Assembly: GCA_964580325.1 (NCBI GenBank)
Contig: CAZOLK010000005.1
Coordinates: 1-54,788, forward strand
Length of the DNA: 54,788 nucleotides
Reading direction: 5' to 3'
Source: an uncultured Verrucomicrobiota bacterium
GTDB lineage: Bacteria; Verrucomicrobiota; Kiritimatiellia; CAYTQP01; CAZOLK01
The notes under the pieces are model-generated. The model did no database searches, was not told where the DNA came from, and saw nothing but the letters and a program-made list of their open reading frames with translations. How positions within the stretch are numbered: the stretch's first letter is position 1; the number at the start of each line of letters is the position of its first letter. This document shows positions 25,567 to 34,061 of this stretch, in pieces. A program made the position numbers and the translations under genes.

Positions 25567-26847
25567 ATGAATATCTGGCGCCTTGTATTCAGGGAAATCA
25601 AGCATCGTGCCTTGAATTTTCTTCTCGCCATCCTGCTGGTCATGGTGGCATCAGCCGGTCTGTTGGGCAGCTACGTCTTGTTGCAGGCTTTTGATGCTAA
25701 AATCGAACGGATTGTGAAAGCCAATAAGCAATCTGTGGAGCAGGAGGCTGCAAAACTGGAGGAGGAATTCCGTAAAATAACCAAGCGCATGGGCTTCAAT
25801 GTCATGATCTTGCCCAAGGGTCAGGATTTGTCGGATTTTTACGAGGAGAACTATGCCACGGAAACCATGCCCCAACAATATGCCGAAACCTTGGCCAATT
25901 CGCGCGACATTGTCACCATCCGTCACCTGCTGCCCATGCTGCAAAAAAAGATCGAATGGATGGAACAAAAACGCAAAATCCTGCTGATCGGTGTGCAGGG
26001 CGAGATGCCGTGGGCCCACCGCGACAATACAAAACCGATTCTCAAACCAGTGCCGCCGGATACAGTCGCAATGGGATATGAACTGCACCAATCGCTCAAG
26101 CTCAAGGTGGGTGATATCATAACGCTCAATGGCAGGACCTTCAAAGTGCATGCTTTGCATCCGGAACGAGGTTCCATCGATGACATCACCATCTGGATAG
26201 ACCTTGCCCAGGCCCAGGAAATGTTGGATCAACAGGGCCGGATCAATATGATGATGGCCCTTGAATGCGTTTGTGCCTGGGCGAATGTAGCCAAAATCCG
26301 TAAGGAAATCCAGGGCATTCTACCTGAAACCCAGGTGATCGAGATGGCTGGGATGGCCCTGGCGCGCGCCGAATCCCGTTGGGAAGCCCATCGTTCCGCC
26401 AAGGCCAGTCGCGAAAAGGCAACCGCGCATCATCTTGAAATGCGCAAACAGCGTGAAGAGCAATTGGCCACCATTATCCCACTGGTTATTGGCGGCTGCG
26501 CTGTTCTTATCGGCGTATTGGCCTTCAGCAACGTCCGTGACCGGCGGATCGAAATCGGTATTCTGCGTGCGCTGGGCCTTCGCGGCCTGGATATTCTGGG
26601 CATCTTTTTGTGCAAAGCCATAATCGTGGGCTTTTGCGGTGCATTGCTGGGTATGGTGCTGGTGCTGGTTTCCGCGCCACTGATCGTCCCTTTCCCGGAT
26701 GGCCTAACCGTGTCCCAGGCACTGTTCCGAGGCTTTCTCACGCCAATAGTTTTGCTGGTTGCCCCCCTGATCACGGCAGCAAGCAGTTGGTTGCCAGCTC
26801 TTACAGCCGCTCGTCAAAATCCCGCTATGATCTTGAGAGAGGAGTAA
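25567..26847 (+). CDS. ABC transporter permease, FtsX/MacB/LolCE type
   Basis: 426 aa. The N-terminus MNIWRLVFREIKHRALNFLLAILLVMVASAG is followed by a large extracytoplasmic loop and a C-terminal three-helix FtsX-type bundle (..IGILRALGLRGLDILGIFL..). Confidence 0.85.
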   Translation: MNIWRLVFREIKHRALNFLLAILLVMVASAGLLGSYVLLQAFDAKIERIVKANKQSVEQEAAKLEEEFRKITKRMGFNVMILPKGQDLSDFYEENYATETMPQQYAETLANSRDIVTIRHLLPMLQKKIEWMEQKRKILLIGVQGEMPWAHRDNTKPILKPVPPDTVAMGYELHQSLKLKVGDIITLNGRTFKVHALHPERGSIDDITIWIDLAQAQEMLDQQGRINMMMALECVCAWANVAKIRKEIQGILPETQVIEMAGMALARAESRWEAHRSAKASREKATAHHLEMRKQREEQLATIIPLVIGGCAVLIGVLAFSNVRDRRIEIGILRALGLRGLDILGIFLCKAIIVGFCGALLGMVLVLVSAPLIVPFPDGLTVSQALFRGFLTPIVLLVAPLITAASSWLPALTAARQNPAMILREE

Positions 26848-26851
26848 AACC

Positions 26852-27508
26852 ATGCTGGAACTAACTACCGTTCATAAAACCTATCAGGGCCCCGAAGGCG
26901 ATGTCCAGGCCCTGCGCGATATATCCATCAAACTGGAAGCCGGTGATTTTGTGGTTGTCCAGGGGCCCAGCGGCTGCGGCAAAAGCACGTTGCTGTTGAC
27001 CTGCGGATCCATGCTAGCGCCGGACAAAGGCTCGATAACGTTTGCAGGCACTGACATGTATGCTTTGTCACCCGACCAACAAGCCAAGTTCCGCGCAAAG
27101 CATATCGGATTCGTTTTCCAGCAGTTTCATCTGATTCCTTACCTGAACGTGCTGGATAATATCCTGGCCCCATCCATGGCCTTGCAGCGTCCCGATGCAC
27201 GCGAACGGGCCATGGCCATGGTCGAGAAATACGGTTTAAAGGAGCGCGTCCGACATGTTCCAGCATCGTTGAGCACTGGCGAACGCCAGCGTGTCGGTCT
27301 GGCAAGGGCATTACTCAATGAACCCAGGATTATTCTGGCTGACGAACCGACCGGCAACCTGGATCCGGAAAACACGGAGACCATACTGCGCACATTTGAG
27401 GAATTTACACGGAACGGAGGGGTGGTGCTTATGGTAACCCATGAAACACCACTGGCTGAACGAGCCAAAGTAACAGTCAAAATGAAAGAAGGTGCCCTGG
27501 TCGCCTGA
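26852..27508 (+). CDS. ABC transporter ATP-binding protein (LolD/MacB-NBD type)
   Basis: Walker A GPSGCGKST, Q-loop FVFQQF, signature LSTGERQRVGLARAL, Walker B IILADEPTGNLD, and H-loop MVTHE. Confidence 0.9.
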   Translation: MLELTTVHKTYQGPEGDVQALRDISIKLEAGDFVVVQGPSGCGKSTLLLTCGSMLAPDKGSITFAGTDMYALSPDQQAKFRAKHIGFVFQQFHLIPYLNVLDNILAPSMALQRPDARERAMAMVEKYGLKERVRHVPASLSTGERQRVGLARALLNEPRIILADEPTGNLDPENTETILRTFEEFTRNGGVVLMVTHETPLAERAKVTVKMKEGALVA

Positions 27509-27534
27509 CATTTTGACAAGGCAAGAGGTGCAGT

Positions 27535-28230
27535 ATGTCTGTTGAAAAAAAAGAATTGCTCGCGGACGTTATCGCGGAGGCGCGCACACGCTATGCGGTA
27601 TTGTATGGGGAAGCCATGCCCCACTCAGGCGGCATCGGACATGCCGGCAAAGTGCTAATCAACCTGCCGGGACAACTGTTGCTGGAGCACGGTCATGTGG
27701 ATACCTTTGTATTGAAAGCCGATGCTGCTGTGCCGGCAAGCTTTATTGATTTGACCGAATTGGTCAACGATTTCCAAGGCATCTACACTTACGAAAGCGA
27801 TGGCTCGATTAAAATGGAAAACGACGCGCCGGTCTTTACCTACCGTGCCGGCGACGTGCGCGTTGTGCAAGCCGATCAAGGTTCCCGGCCTTTTCCCGTG
27901 CATGCTCGACAGGATAAATCCGAAACCTTCAAAGCCATCTACGGCGACGGTGTGCTTTTAACCGGTAAAGCAAGCGTCCTGCATGCACCGGCAGGTGTGG
28001 ATACTGATCGCGTTCCCGCTGATCTGGAAAAGGCCATGGAGCAGGTCAGATGCGAGCAGGAAATCACCACGGCACGTGCAATCTACATGGCGCCGTGTGT
28101 AAATGTGCTGCTGCCCAAATGCACCTGCCACGCCCTTCTCGCCGGCGAGAAGGGTGCTGTTTACCCCGAATTTTCAACTCCAGCCATGGACGAAGCGGAC
28201 CGTTTCGGCGATCCTCGCGTCATTCGATAA
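27535..28230 (+). CDS. Hypothetical cytoplasmic protein (possible cupin; weak)
   Basis: 231 aa, with AGAGG upstream of the ATG. The only cupin hint is an HxH-containing strand (LPGQLLLEHGHVDTFVL). No confident family. Confidence 0.55.
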   Translation: MSVEKKELLADVIAEARTRYAVLYGEAMPHSGGIGHAGKVLINLPGQLLLEHGHVDTFVLKADAAVPASFIDLTELVNDFQGIYTYESDGSIKMENDAPVFTYRAGDVRVVQADQGSRPFPVHARQDKSETFKAIYGDGVLLTGKASVLHAPAGVDTDRVPADLEKAMEQVRCEQEITTARAIYMAPCVNVLLPKCTCHALLAGEKGAVYPEFSTPAMDEADRFGDPRVIR

Positions 28231-28237
28231 GGAGGGC

Positions 28238-29452
28238 ATGGTGGTACAGGACAAAACTTTTCTGGGGTTTGGTTTCGGCGCCATCCAGGGCGGGCTCTGT
28301 CTGTACGAGGCTTATCGTTCCGGAAACTTCAAACGCTTGGTCGTAGCTGAAGTCGTAGCGGATCTGGTCGAAGCTGTTCGTAAGCAGGACGGAAGTTATA
28401 ATATCAACATCGCTGTACCGGATCGCGTGGAACAACATCGCATCGAGGGGATCGAAATTTACAACCCGCTGGATCCCGCTGATCACGAAATACTGGAACA
28501 GACCGTTGCGGAAGCTCAAGAAATCGCCACTGCCCTGCCCAGCGTCAATTTCTATGACCGTGGAGAAACTTCGGTTGCAGGCATCCTGGCTAGTGGTCTT
28601 GAACGCAAACGACAGGATGCCTCCTTACCCGCTGCTGTTGTATATACATGCGAAAACCACAATCATGCAGCCGAAATCTTGGAAAAGAATGTTCAAGCTA
28701 AGCTGTGTTCACCCCCTGAACGTGTTCAATACTTAAATACCGTAATTGGGAAAATGAGCGGCGTAGTCACAGACGCTGCCCAGATTCGTAATGACAAGCT
28801 GGCGCCCATGGTAAATGGTGCGGAACGCGCATTCCTGGTCGAGGCATTCAACCACATTCTCATCTCGCGCATTATGTTGCCTGGCTTCAAACGCGGAATT
28901 GAAGTATTTGAAGAAAAATCCGATCTGATGCCTTTTGAAGAAGCCAAGCTATACGGTCATAATGCCACGCATGCGCTGATCGGCTATCTGGCCCATCGAC
29001 GGGGTTGCGATTTTATGGCCGATGTAGCGAATGACCATGAAATTATGGAACTGGCACGCCAGGCCTTTTTACAGGAATCCGGACGCAGTTTGATAACATG
29101 TTACAGTGGCGTTGATCCGTTATTCAGCGACAAAGGTTACCAAGCTTATGCCGATGACTTGCTCGAGCGTATGATGAATCCCTGGCTGCGTGACCGTGTG
29201 GCCCGTGTAATTCGTGATCCACGGCGTAAACTGAGCTGGAATGACCGGCTGGTAGGCGTGATGCGGGTAGCCCTGAACGCGGGAATTCAACCAATGCGAT
29301 ACGCCCGTGGTGCAGCCGCTGCACTGGATGTGTTGCTGAAAGAAACCGGGGTTTCGCGGGAGCAATTGCTGCTGGACCTATGGCCCGAAGAACCGGCGAA
29401 CAGTGAGAGACGGCGAGAAATCACGAACTTGATCCTGACTGCCATGGAATGA
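28238..29452 (+). CDS. Mannitol-1-phosphate 5-dehydrogenase-family oxidoreductase (MtlD-like)
   Basis: ATG at 28238 with AAGGAGGG upstream. It is collinear with E. coli MtlD blocks from memory: FGFGAIQGG (FGAGNIGRG), YTCENH (IACEN), VEAFNHILIS (ETFSEWIV), EEAKLYGHNATHALIGYLA (ERKLFTLNTGHAITAYLG), MMNPWLRDRVARVIRDPRRKLSWNDRL ([27 protein letters not shown]). Confidence 0.8.
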   Translation: MVVQDKTFLGFGFGAIQGGLCLYEAYRSGNFKRLVVAEVVADLVEAVRKQDGSYNINIAVPDRVEQHRIEGIEIYNPLDPADHEILEQTVAEAQEIATALPSVNFYDRGETSVAGILASGLERKRQDASLPAAVVYTCENHNHAAEILEKNVQAKLCSPPERVQYLNTVIGKMSGVVTDAAQIRNDKLAPMVNGAERAFLVEAFNHILISRIMLPGFKRGIEVFEEKSDLMPFEEAKLYGHNATHALIGYLAHRRGCDFMADVANDHEIMELARQAFLQESGRSLITCYSGVDPLFSDKGYQAYADDLLERMMNPWLRDRVARVIRDPRRKLSWNDRLVGVMRVALNAGIQPMRYARGAAAALDVLLKETGVSREQLLLDLWPEEPANSERRREITNLILTAME

Positions 29453-29510
29453 AAAAATAAAACAAATATTAAAGGGCAGACGCCGCTTTTTGACGATCTG
29501 AAACCAATAC

Positions 29511-30041
29511 TCAGAGTGCGCTGAGATCCAGAATTGCAGACGTGCCCTGATCTGCTTTGATTACAACTTTATCCCCCAGAATCCTGATGTGCCCTCGAAA
29601 CGCGTTTTCAAGCACATGGTGCCCCAATGCTTTGAGCAGTGTGCGTTCACGCATCTCGTTGTTTTGCATAATCCGTTGCTTTTCAAAACGAAGCATTAGC
29701 AAAACCTGAAACATACCGCTGCCGCCACTGTTGTGGTAAATATGTACAACATCAATACCGTTTTTGGTCCGGCCCACACTCTCATAGGCAAAATATCCCT
29801 GATCAAAAAGCGCCTCGTCGCGATAAGTGATAACGCCTTTCTCCTCCGTAAAATCACCACAGTGCCGGTTACTGTCGTGGCAGCCTTCCAGATCAACGGC
29901 CGCATTTATCGGATGCGTATCGGCGACTTCCGGAGTCAATTCGTAAATGCAGCCCGGATGAACAGTTTTCCCCTGATAAACGAGCGGCTCCGCCAACGAA
30001 ACCGCTGCTGTGACTAAAAGCAGAAAGAGCGATCTGACCAC
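29511..30041 (-). CDS. Small secreted protein (candidate lysozyme immunity or partner protein)
   Basis: The track ORF (to 30101) overlaps the upstream gene by 50 nt. The GTG at 30041 has AGGAGA 6 nt upstream and gives (M)VRSLFLLLVTAAVSLA|EP, a clean signal peptide. 176 aa, starting 10 nt after the lysozyme stop. Confidence 0.6.
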   Translation of the reverse strand: MVRSLFLLLVTAAVSLAEPLVYQGKTVHPGCIYELTPEVADTHPINAAVDLEGCHDSNRHCGDFTEEKGVITYRDEALFDQGYFAYESVGRTKNGIDVVHIYHNSGGSGMFQVLLMLRFEKQRIMQNNEMRERTLLKALGHHVLENAFRGHIRILGDKVVIKADQGTSAILDLSAL

Positions 30042-30051
30042 GAGCGTTCTC

Positions 30052-30918
30052 CTATGCCTGAAGACCTTTGATAGTCTTACCTCCGGGATCGACACGTCCA
30101 TCCGAATTCCTGAACTTCAAAATCGAGCGCTGGAATGCATGAATAGCGGCAACAGTGCGGCGACCGATCAGACCGTCTACTTTGAGAGGCGTAAAATGAG
30201 CCCGGGAGGTGAATTTATTGAGTAAACCTTGAATCAGCTTCACATCGTCGCGATGATTGACGCCGTTTTGCCCCACTGAAGCTTTAAGCGATGCGGTCGC
30301 GGAAGCCCCTGCCACACCGGCCACCGATCCTGTTCCACCAGTTCCGACAGAAGCCATACCGCCGCTGTTACGAGCGCAGGACATGAAAAGGTTATAAACA
30401 TATTTATTGCGTTTTATACCTGGTCCGTTTCGATGCGATTGCTTTGCAGCTTCCGCCCAATCACCAGCCTCGATAGCCTTTTTCAACTTCTTGTATTTCT
30501 TCAAACCACCGCCGCCAAGGTTATAGGCCATATCGGCAAGGGCTTCCTTACACGCATCAGGTTGCTTGTCAAAACTGGATAAATACTCCTTGGCATACGT
30601 TACATGTTGGCGAAATATCGTGTCAAACTTGGCGTTAATAACGTTCATGGGAAGATCAAACTTGGTCGAGGATTTATAACGTGAAGCAACCATGCCTTTG
30701 GCCATCTTGTTCACGGCCTTCCAATCAGCTTCGATTTCAGCTCGTGATGCACGGGTAGCTGTACCGCGCTTAACAAACGCATATTGCGTGGCTTTACTCA
30801 CGGTATTGATTAAAAAACCGACGCCTACGGTAACGTATCCCTTAGTGTCCAGGTACATATGAGGAATGACACCCTCGAATTCCATGGCTTTTTTCTTTGC
30901 TGCTTCATACCAACCCAT
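30052..30918 (-). CDS. GH24 (T4-type) lysozyme with C-terminal peptidoglycan-binding domain
   Basis: The catalytic pattern E-x8-D-x5-T occurs in FEGVIPHMYLDTKGYVTVGVGF. A Gly/Ser/Ala linker follows, then PG_binding_1 (DDVKLIQGLLN..DGLIGRRTVAAIHAFQ). No signal peptide or TM segment. Confidence 0.85.
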   Translation of the reverse strand: MGWYEAAKKKAMEFEGVIPHMYLDTKGYVTVGVGFLINTVSKATQYAFVKRGTATRASRAEIEADWKAVNKMAKGMVASRYKSSTKFDLPMNVINAKFDTIFRQHVTYAKEYLSSFDKQPDACKEALADMAYNLGGGGLKKYKKLKKAIEAGDWAEAAKQSHRNGPGIKRNKYVYNLFMSCARNSGGMASVGTGGTGSVAGVAGASATASLKASVGQNGVNHRDDVKLIQGLLNKFTSRAHFTPLKVDGLIGRRTVAAIHAFQRSILKFRNSDGRVDPGGKTIKGLQA

Positions 30919-31057
30919 ATCAACACTCCTGAACGTATAACATTAAGTTTTATAAGGAAAAGGGGTTATAACCTAATTTCCATAGTATACGTAACAGATT
31001 GTTCAGCGTCAAGCTTCGGCAGGAAAAAATCTAACAGCAAAGCTAATCCACAACGTA

Positions 31058-31570
31058 TTACGTGTTAATTACGACATTGGTCGTCGGTGCATTGGTCGGT
31101 GTTACGTGTTGCGGCACCTGAGCTGTACCGTACACCGCCGAAGACAGTGCATCCTCGGTCCATGTGCCGCGCATTTCCGCGTCAGCTGTTCCGGTTGTGA
31201 CAAGGATCGTTCCATGAATGATCCCTTTCGCACCTGTTGTGGTCTGCCCCTCGATCATGAAAACCGCGCGTTGACTGTCGGCTTGTGAAATGGAACCCCT
31301 GAAAATCAAACCATTGTTGTCCACACCTTCGAGTTGATCGCCCGATTGCATTAAGTTCATGGTTATGATCGCGTTACCCGTATTCTCGAGCACGAGCGGC
31401 TGCCCGTTGCCATTATAATAAAAACCTGCCACGCGAATAGCGACCTGGCGGATAATTTCGTCAGCGGAATCCACTTCGCAACCAGTTATATATAAAGATA
31501 TTAGAACAAAAAACACCCCGACGACGACCATGCTTTGACGCAACTTATTACCAACTATCTTCAAAATCAT
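31058..31570 (-). CDS. Lipoprotein (paralogue of 45413..46273)
   Basis: 170 aa with the lipobox LYITGC after a hydrophobic helix. It shares the blocks ..Q(S/T)G(D/N)..E..DNNG....G(S/T).. and (R/E)G(T/V)W(T/L)E(D/E) with the 286-aa lipoprotein. Confidence 0.7.
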   Translation of the reverse strand: MILKIVGNKLRQSMVVVGVFFVLISLYITGCEVDSADEIIRQVAIRVAGFYYNGNGQPLVLENTGNAIITMNLMQSGDQLEGVDNNGLIFRGSISQADSQRAVFMIEGQTTTGAKGIIHGTILVTTGTADAEMRGTWTEDALSSAVYGTAQVPQHVTPTNAPTTNVVINT

Positions 31571-31670
31571 TCTCCTGAAATTTTTTGTTTTTATTCATTA
31601 GCTTGTTAATGTATACTAGTAAATCTATATGACAAGTGTCCTTTGAAAATGTTGACGGATTATTACGCTT

Positions 31671-34061
31671 ATGAAACTGGAACTTCAAGATTACGAATAT
31701 CTCAATAAGTTGCGCGAGAATCCATTCTCCACGATCTGGCTAGCGCGCCAGCTTTCCATAAATCGTTTTGTCGTGATCAAAATCATTGCTTGGGAAAACC
31801 TTCTGCCTCGTCAGGACATCGACGCTTTCTGCACCGATGTATGCACGGTTGCCAAACTTTCTCATAAACACCTGCTCAAAGTACTCGATGGCGGTGAAAT
31901 GCAGGGTAAGATTTACTACATAACAGAATACATCAAAGAGCACTCATTGAAAAAAGCACTTGGCGAGAAAGGGCGCATGAACGAAAAACCGGCTCTGAAA
32001 AGCTGCCGCGATATCGCCGAAGCACTAGATTATGCCATTCGTGAGTGCAACCTGCACCATGGCGGACTGGACAGCACAAACGTCATTTTCGATGAGCACG
32101 AGACCATAAAAGTGGCCGATTTCGCCATGTCCGGTCATATCACCGAAGTCATGCCCAACTTCATCTATCCCGACCCATCGACCAAAGCGCCGGATGGGCG
32201 CGCCGAAGTGTACAACCTGGGCGCCCTACTCTATTTCATGACGACAGGTATTGTGCCGTTTGGCGAATGCGAAGATAAGGACGTTCCCAAAGAACACCGG
32301 AAAGAACAATTGCCCGATCCCGTGGATCTGAATCCTGAGTTGTCGTTCCAAACAGCAACTCTGATCGAGAAAATGATGATCAAAGATGGAAATCGGTGCT
32401 ATCCTGACCTGACTACTCTCGCACACGATATCGATGCTGTGGTGACGGGGCGTTTTCCATGCCACGCGTGCGGCCTGGAGGAAGGCGCCAGCACTGTTGG
32501 GCGAGGCCGAAAACGACGCGAAGCCCAACTCGACGAACCGGCAGCCTTTGCGCCTCCGCCTCTGGCAGCACCTGTTGCGTTGCCTTCACAGCTTTCGCCT
32601 GTGCAACCCGAAGCTCAACCAGCCCCCCCGACCGGTATTTTAATCGGTGAAAAGCCGCCAATGCCAGCTCCTGTGCCGGAATCCCAACCCGGACCCATTC
32701 AACCAGAACCTTCATCCGGTATCCTGATCGGCGGCCCCCTTGTTAAACCCGTGGATCAGGGACAGGCAATACCCATGGCAAACCCGGTTCAGGAAGAAGC
32801 ACCAATGCCGCTTTTTGGTAAAAATGACTCTTCATCGGAATTCGACATCAAGGCCACGCCTGTTTTGAACCGCGAACCAACTCCTATTCAACGGTTGAAT
32901 GTGAATCCATGGGAAAAAGAAGAATCGCCTTTTATCAAACGAATCAATGCCCGTGAACCCGTGGCAAATCCACCCATGGCCCAACATGCTCCCGAAGCAG
33001 CGTCGGCGGAGCCTTTTGCAGCGTCTCCGTTCGCCTCTCCCGCTCAAGCCGCATCCCCCGAGCCGCCACTTGCTCAACCGATGCAAACCGCTCCTCCTTA
33101 TGCTCAGCCGGTGCCACAAGCTCAACCAGTATCATCACCATTTGCACCTCGGCCCCAACCTGCGCAACCACAACCGGCACAATTCTTTCCGCCGTATGCA
33201 CAACCCGCTCCGCCTGTCGCGCAAACCGCCCATCCTCCACTGCCCATAGCCCAACCGGTTCAACCATACGGCCAGCAACCCTACGGCCAGCAACCCTACG
33301 GCCAGCAACCCTACGGCCAACCCGGGCAAGCTTACGGCCAACCCATGCCCCTTACACAACCAGCGCAGCCAGCACCTGCATCTTCACCCGCCAAAGCACC
33401 CAAGAAATTGGTGTTATCCGCCAAAGGAGAAATTGACGAATTCAGGGAACGCAAACGCAAGCGCGCAAAAATCAAGAAAATGATCTACAAAACCATTTAC
33501 GCCCTTATCGTGATCGTGTTGGTATATGTCCTCATAAAAAACAAAGAAAAACTGCCAGGATTGATCCAGAAAGCAAAAAACTGGGTAATGAGCCATGACG
33601 ACACGGCCAAGCAAGGCATCCTCCGCAATGCCCGTGAGACCAAAGAAAGGTTAGCCAAAGAAAGGGACAAAGGCGGGGACAGAGGTTATAACGAAGATTC
33701 TATGATGGATGATCTGGATCGCTTTTCCAGACAAGCGTCCTCAAATCCTGATCGGCAGCCGGATCAATCGCAAAATCAGCCCAGACAAAGCATGCGTTGG
33801 GACAATTCCGATTATGTAAATGGCAAAAAGAAGTACAACGATGCCGTTGATCTCTTCAATAAAGCACGCACCCTTGGCGAACGGGAACGCAACCAGACGT
33901 ACGAACGCGCGGGTGAATTGGCTCGACAGGCCGGCGACCATTTCTCACGCTGCAAATCACAAGCACCATCGTATGTTTCGGTTTCGAAAATCGACCAATA
34001 TATGCGCACCGCATTTAAATTAGCCGAAGACTGCCGCCAGAGTCGACGACTCGTGCGTTGA
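31671..34061 (+). CDS. Membrane-anchored Ser/Thr-kinase-like protein (predicted pseudokinase) with Pro/Gln-rich linker
   Basis: The N-terminal ~270 aa are collinear with the Hanks kinase fold: VVIK, ITEYIKEHSL, KVADFA, APD..EVYNLGALLYFMTTGIVPF. The glycine loop is degenerate, and the catalytic loop reads HHGGLDSTN instead of HRDLKPxN. A ~290-aa P/Q/A-rich region follows, then one TM helix (IYALIVIVLVYVLI) and a ~190-aa C-terminal domain. Confidence 0.8.
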   Translation: MKLELQDYEYLNKLRENPFSTIWLARQLSINRFVVIKIIAWENLLPRQDIDAFCTDVCTVAKLSHKHLLKVLDGGEMQGKIYYITEYIKEHSLKKALGEKGRMNEKPALKSCRDIAEALDYAIRECNLHHGGLDSTNVIFDEHETIKVADFAMSGHITEVMPNFIYPDPSTKAPDGRAEVYNLGALLYFMTTGIVPFGECEDKDVPKEHRKEQLPDPVDLNPELSFQTATLIEKMMIKDGNRCYPDLTTLAHDIDAVVTGRFPCHACGLEEGASTVGRGRKRREAQLDEPAAFAPPPLAAPVALPSQLSPVQPEAQPAPPTGILIGEKPPMPAPVPESQPGPIQPEPSSGILIGGPLVKPVDQGQAIPMANPVQEEAPMPLFGKNDSSSEFDIKATPVLNREPTPIQRLNVNPWEKEESPFIKRINAREPVANPPMAQHAPEAASAEPFAASPFASPAQAASPEPPLAQPMQTAPPYAQPVPQAQPVSSPFAPRPQPAQPQPAQFFPPYAQPAPPVAQTAHPPLPIAQPVQPYGQQPYGQQPYGQQPYGQPGQAYGQPMPLTQPAQPAPASSPAKAPKKLVLSAKGEIDEFRERKRKRAKIKKMIYKTIYALIVIVLVYVLIKNKEKLPGLIQKAKNWVMSHDDTAKQGILRNARETKERLAKERDKGGDRGYNEDSMMDDLDRFSRQASSNPDRQPDQSQNQPRQSMRWDNSDYVNGKKKYNDAVDLFNKARTLGERERNQTYERAGELARQAGDHFSRCKSQAPSYVSVSKIDQYMRTAFKLAEDCRQSRRLVR
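33261..33344 (+). repeat. In-frame 15-bp tandem repeat (QPYGQ units) within the kinase-like gene
   Basis: cagcaaccctacggc occurs three times perfectly (33273-33317), flanked by degenerate copies. It encodes QPYGQQPYGQQPYGQQPYGQPGQAYGQP. Confidence 0.8.

Noticed and set aside
33261-33344. Short tandem repeat that could be mistaken for a CRISPR-like array
   Set aside because: The units are 15 bp, contiguous with no spacers, in frame, and encode QPYGQ within a Pro/Gln-rich linker. This is a coding microsatellite, not CRISPR. No CRISPR array or cas gene is visible anywhere in the window.
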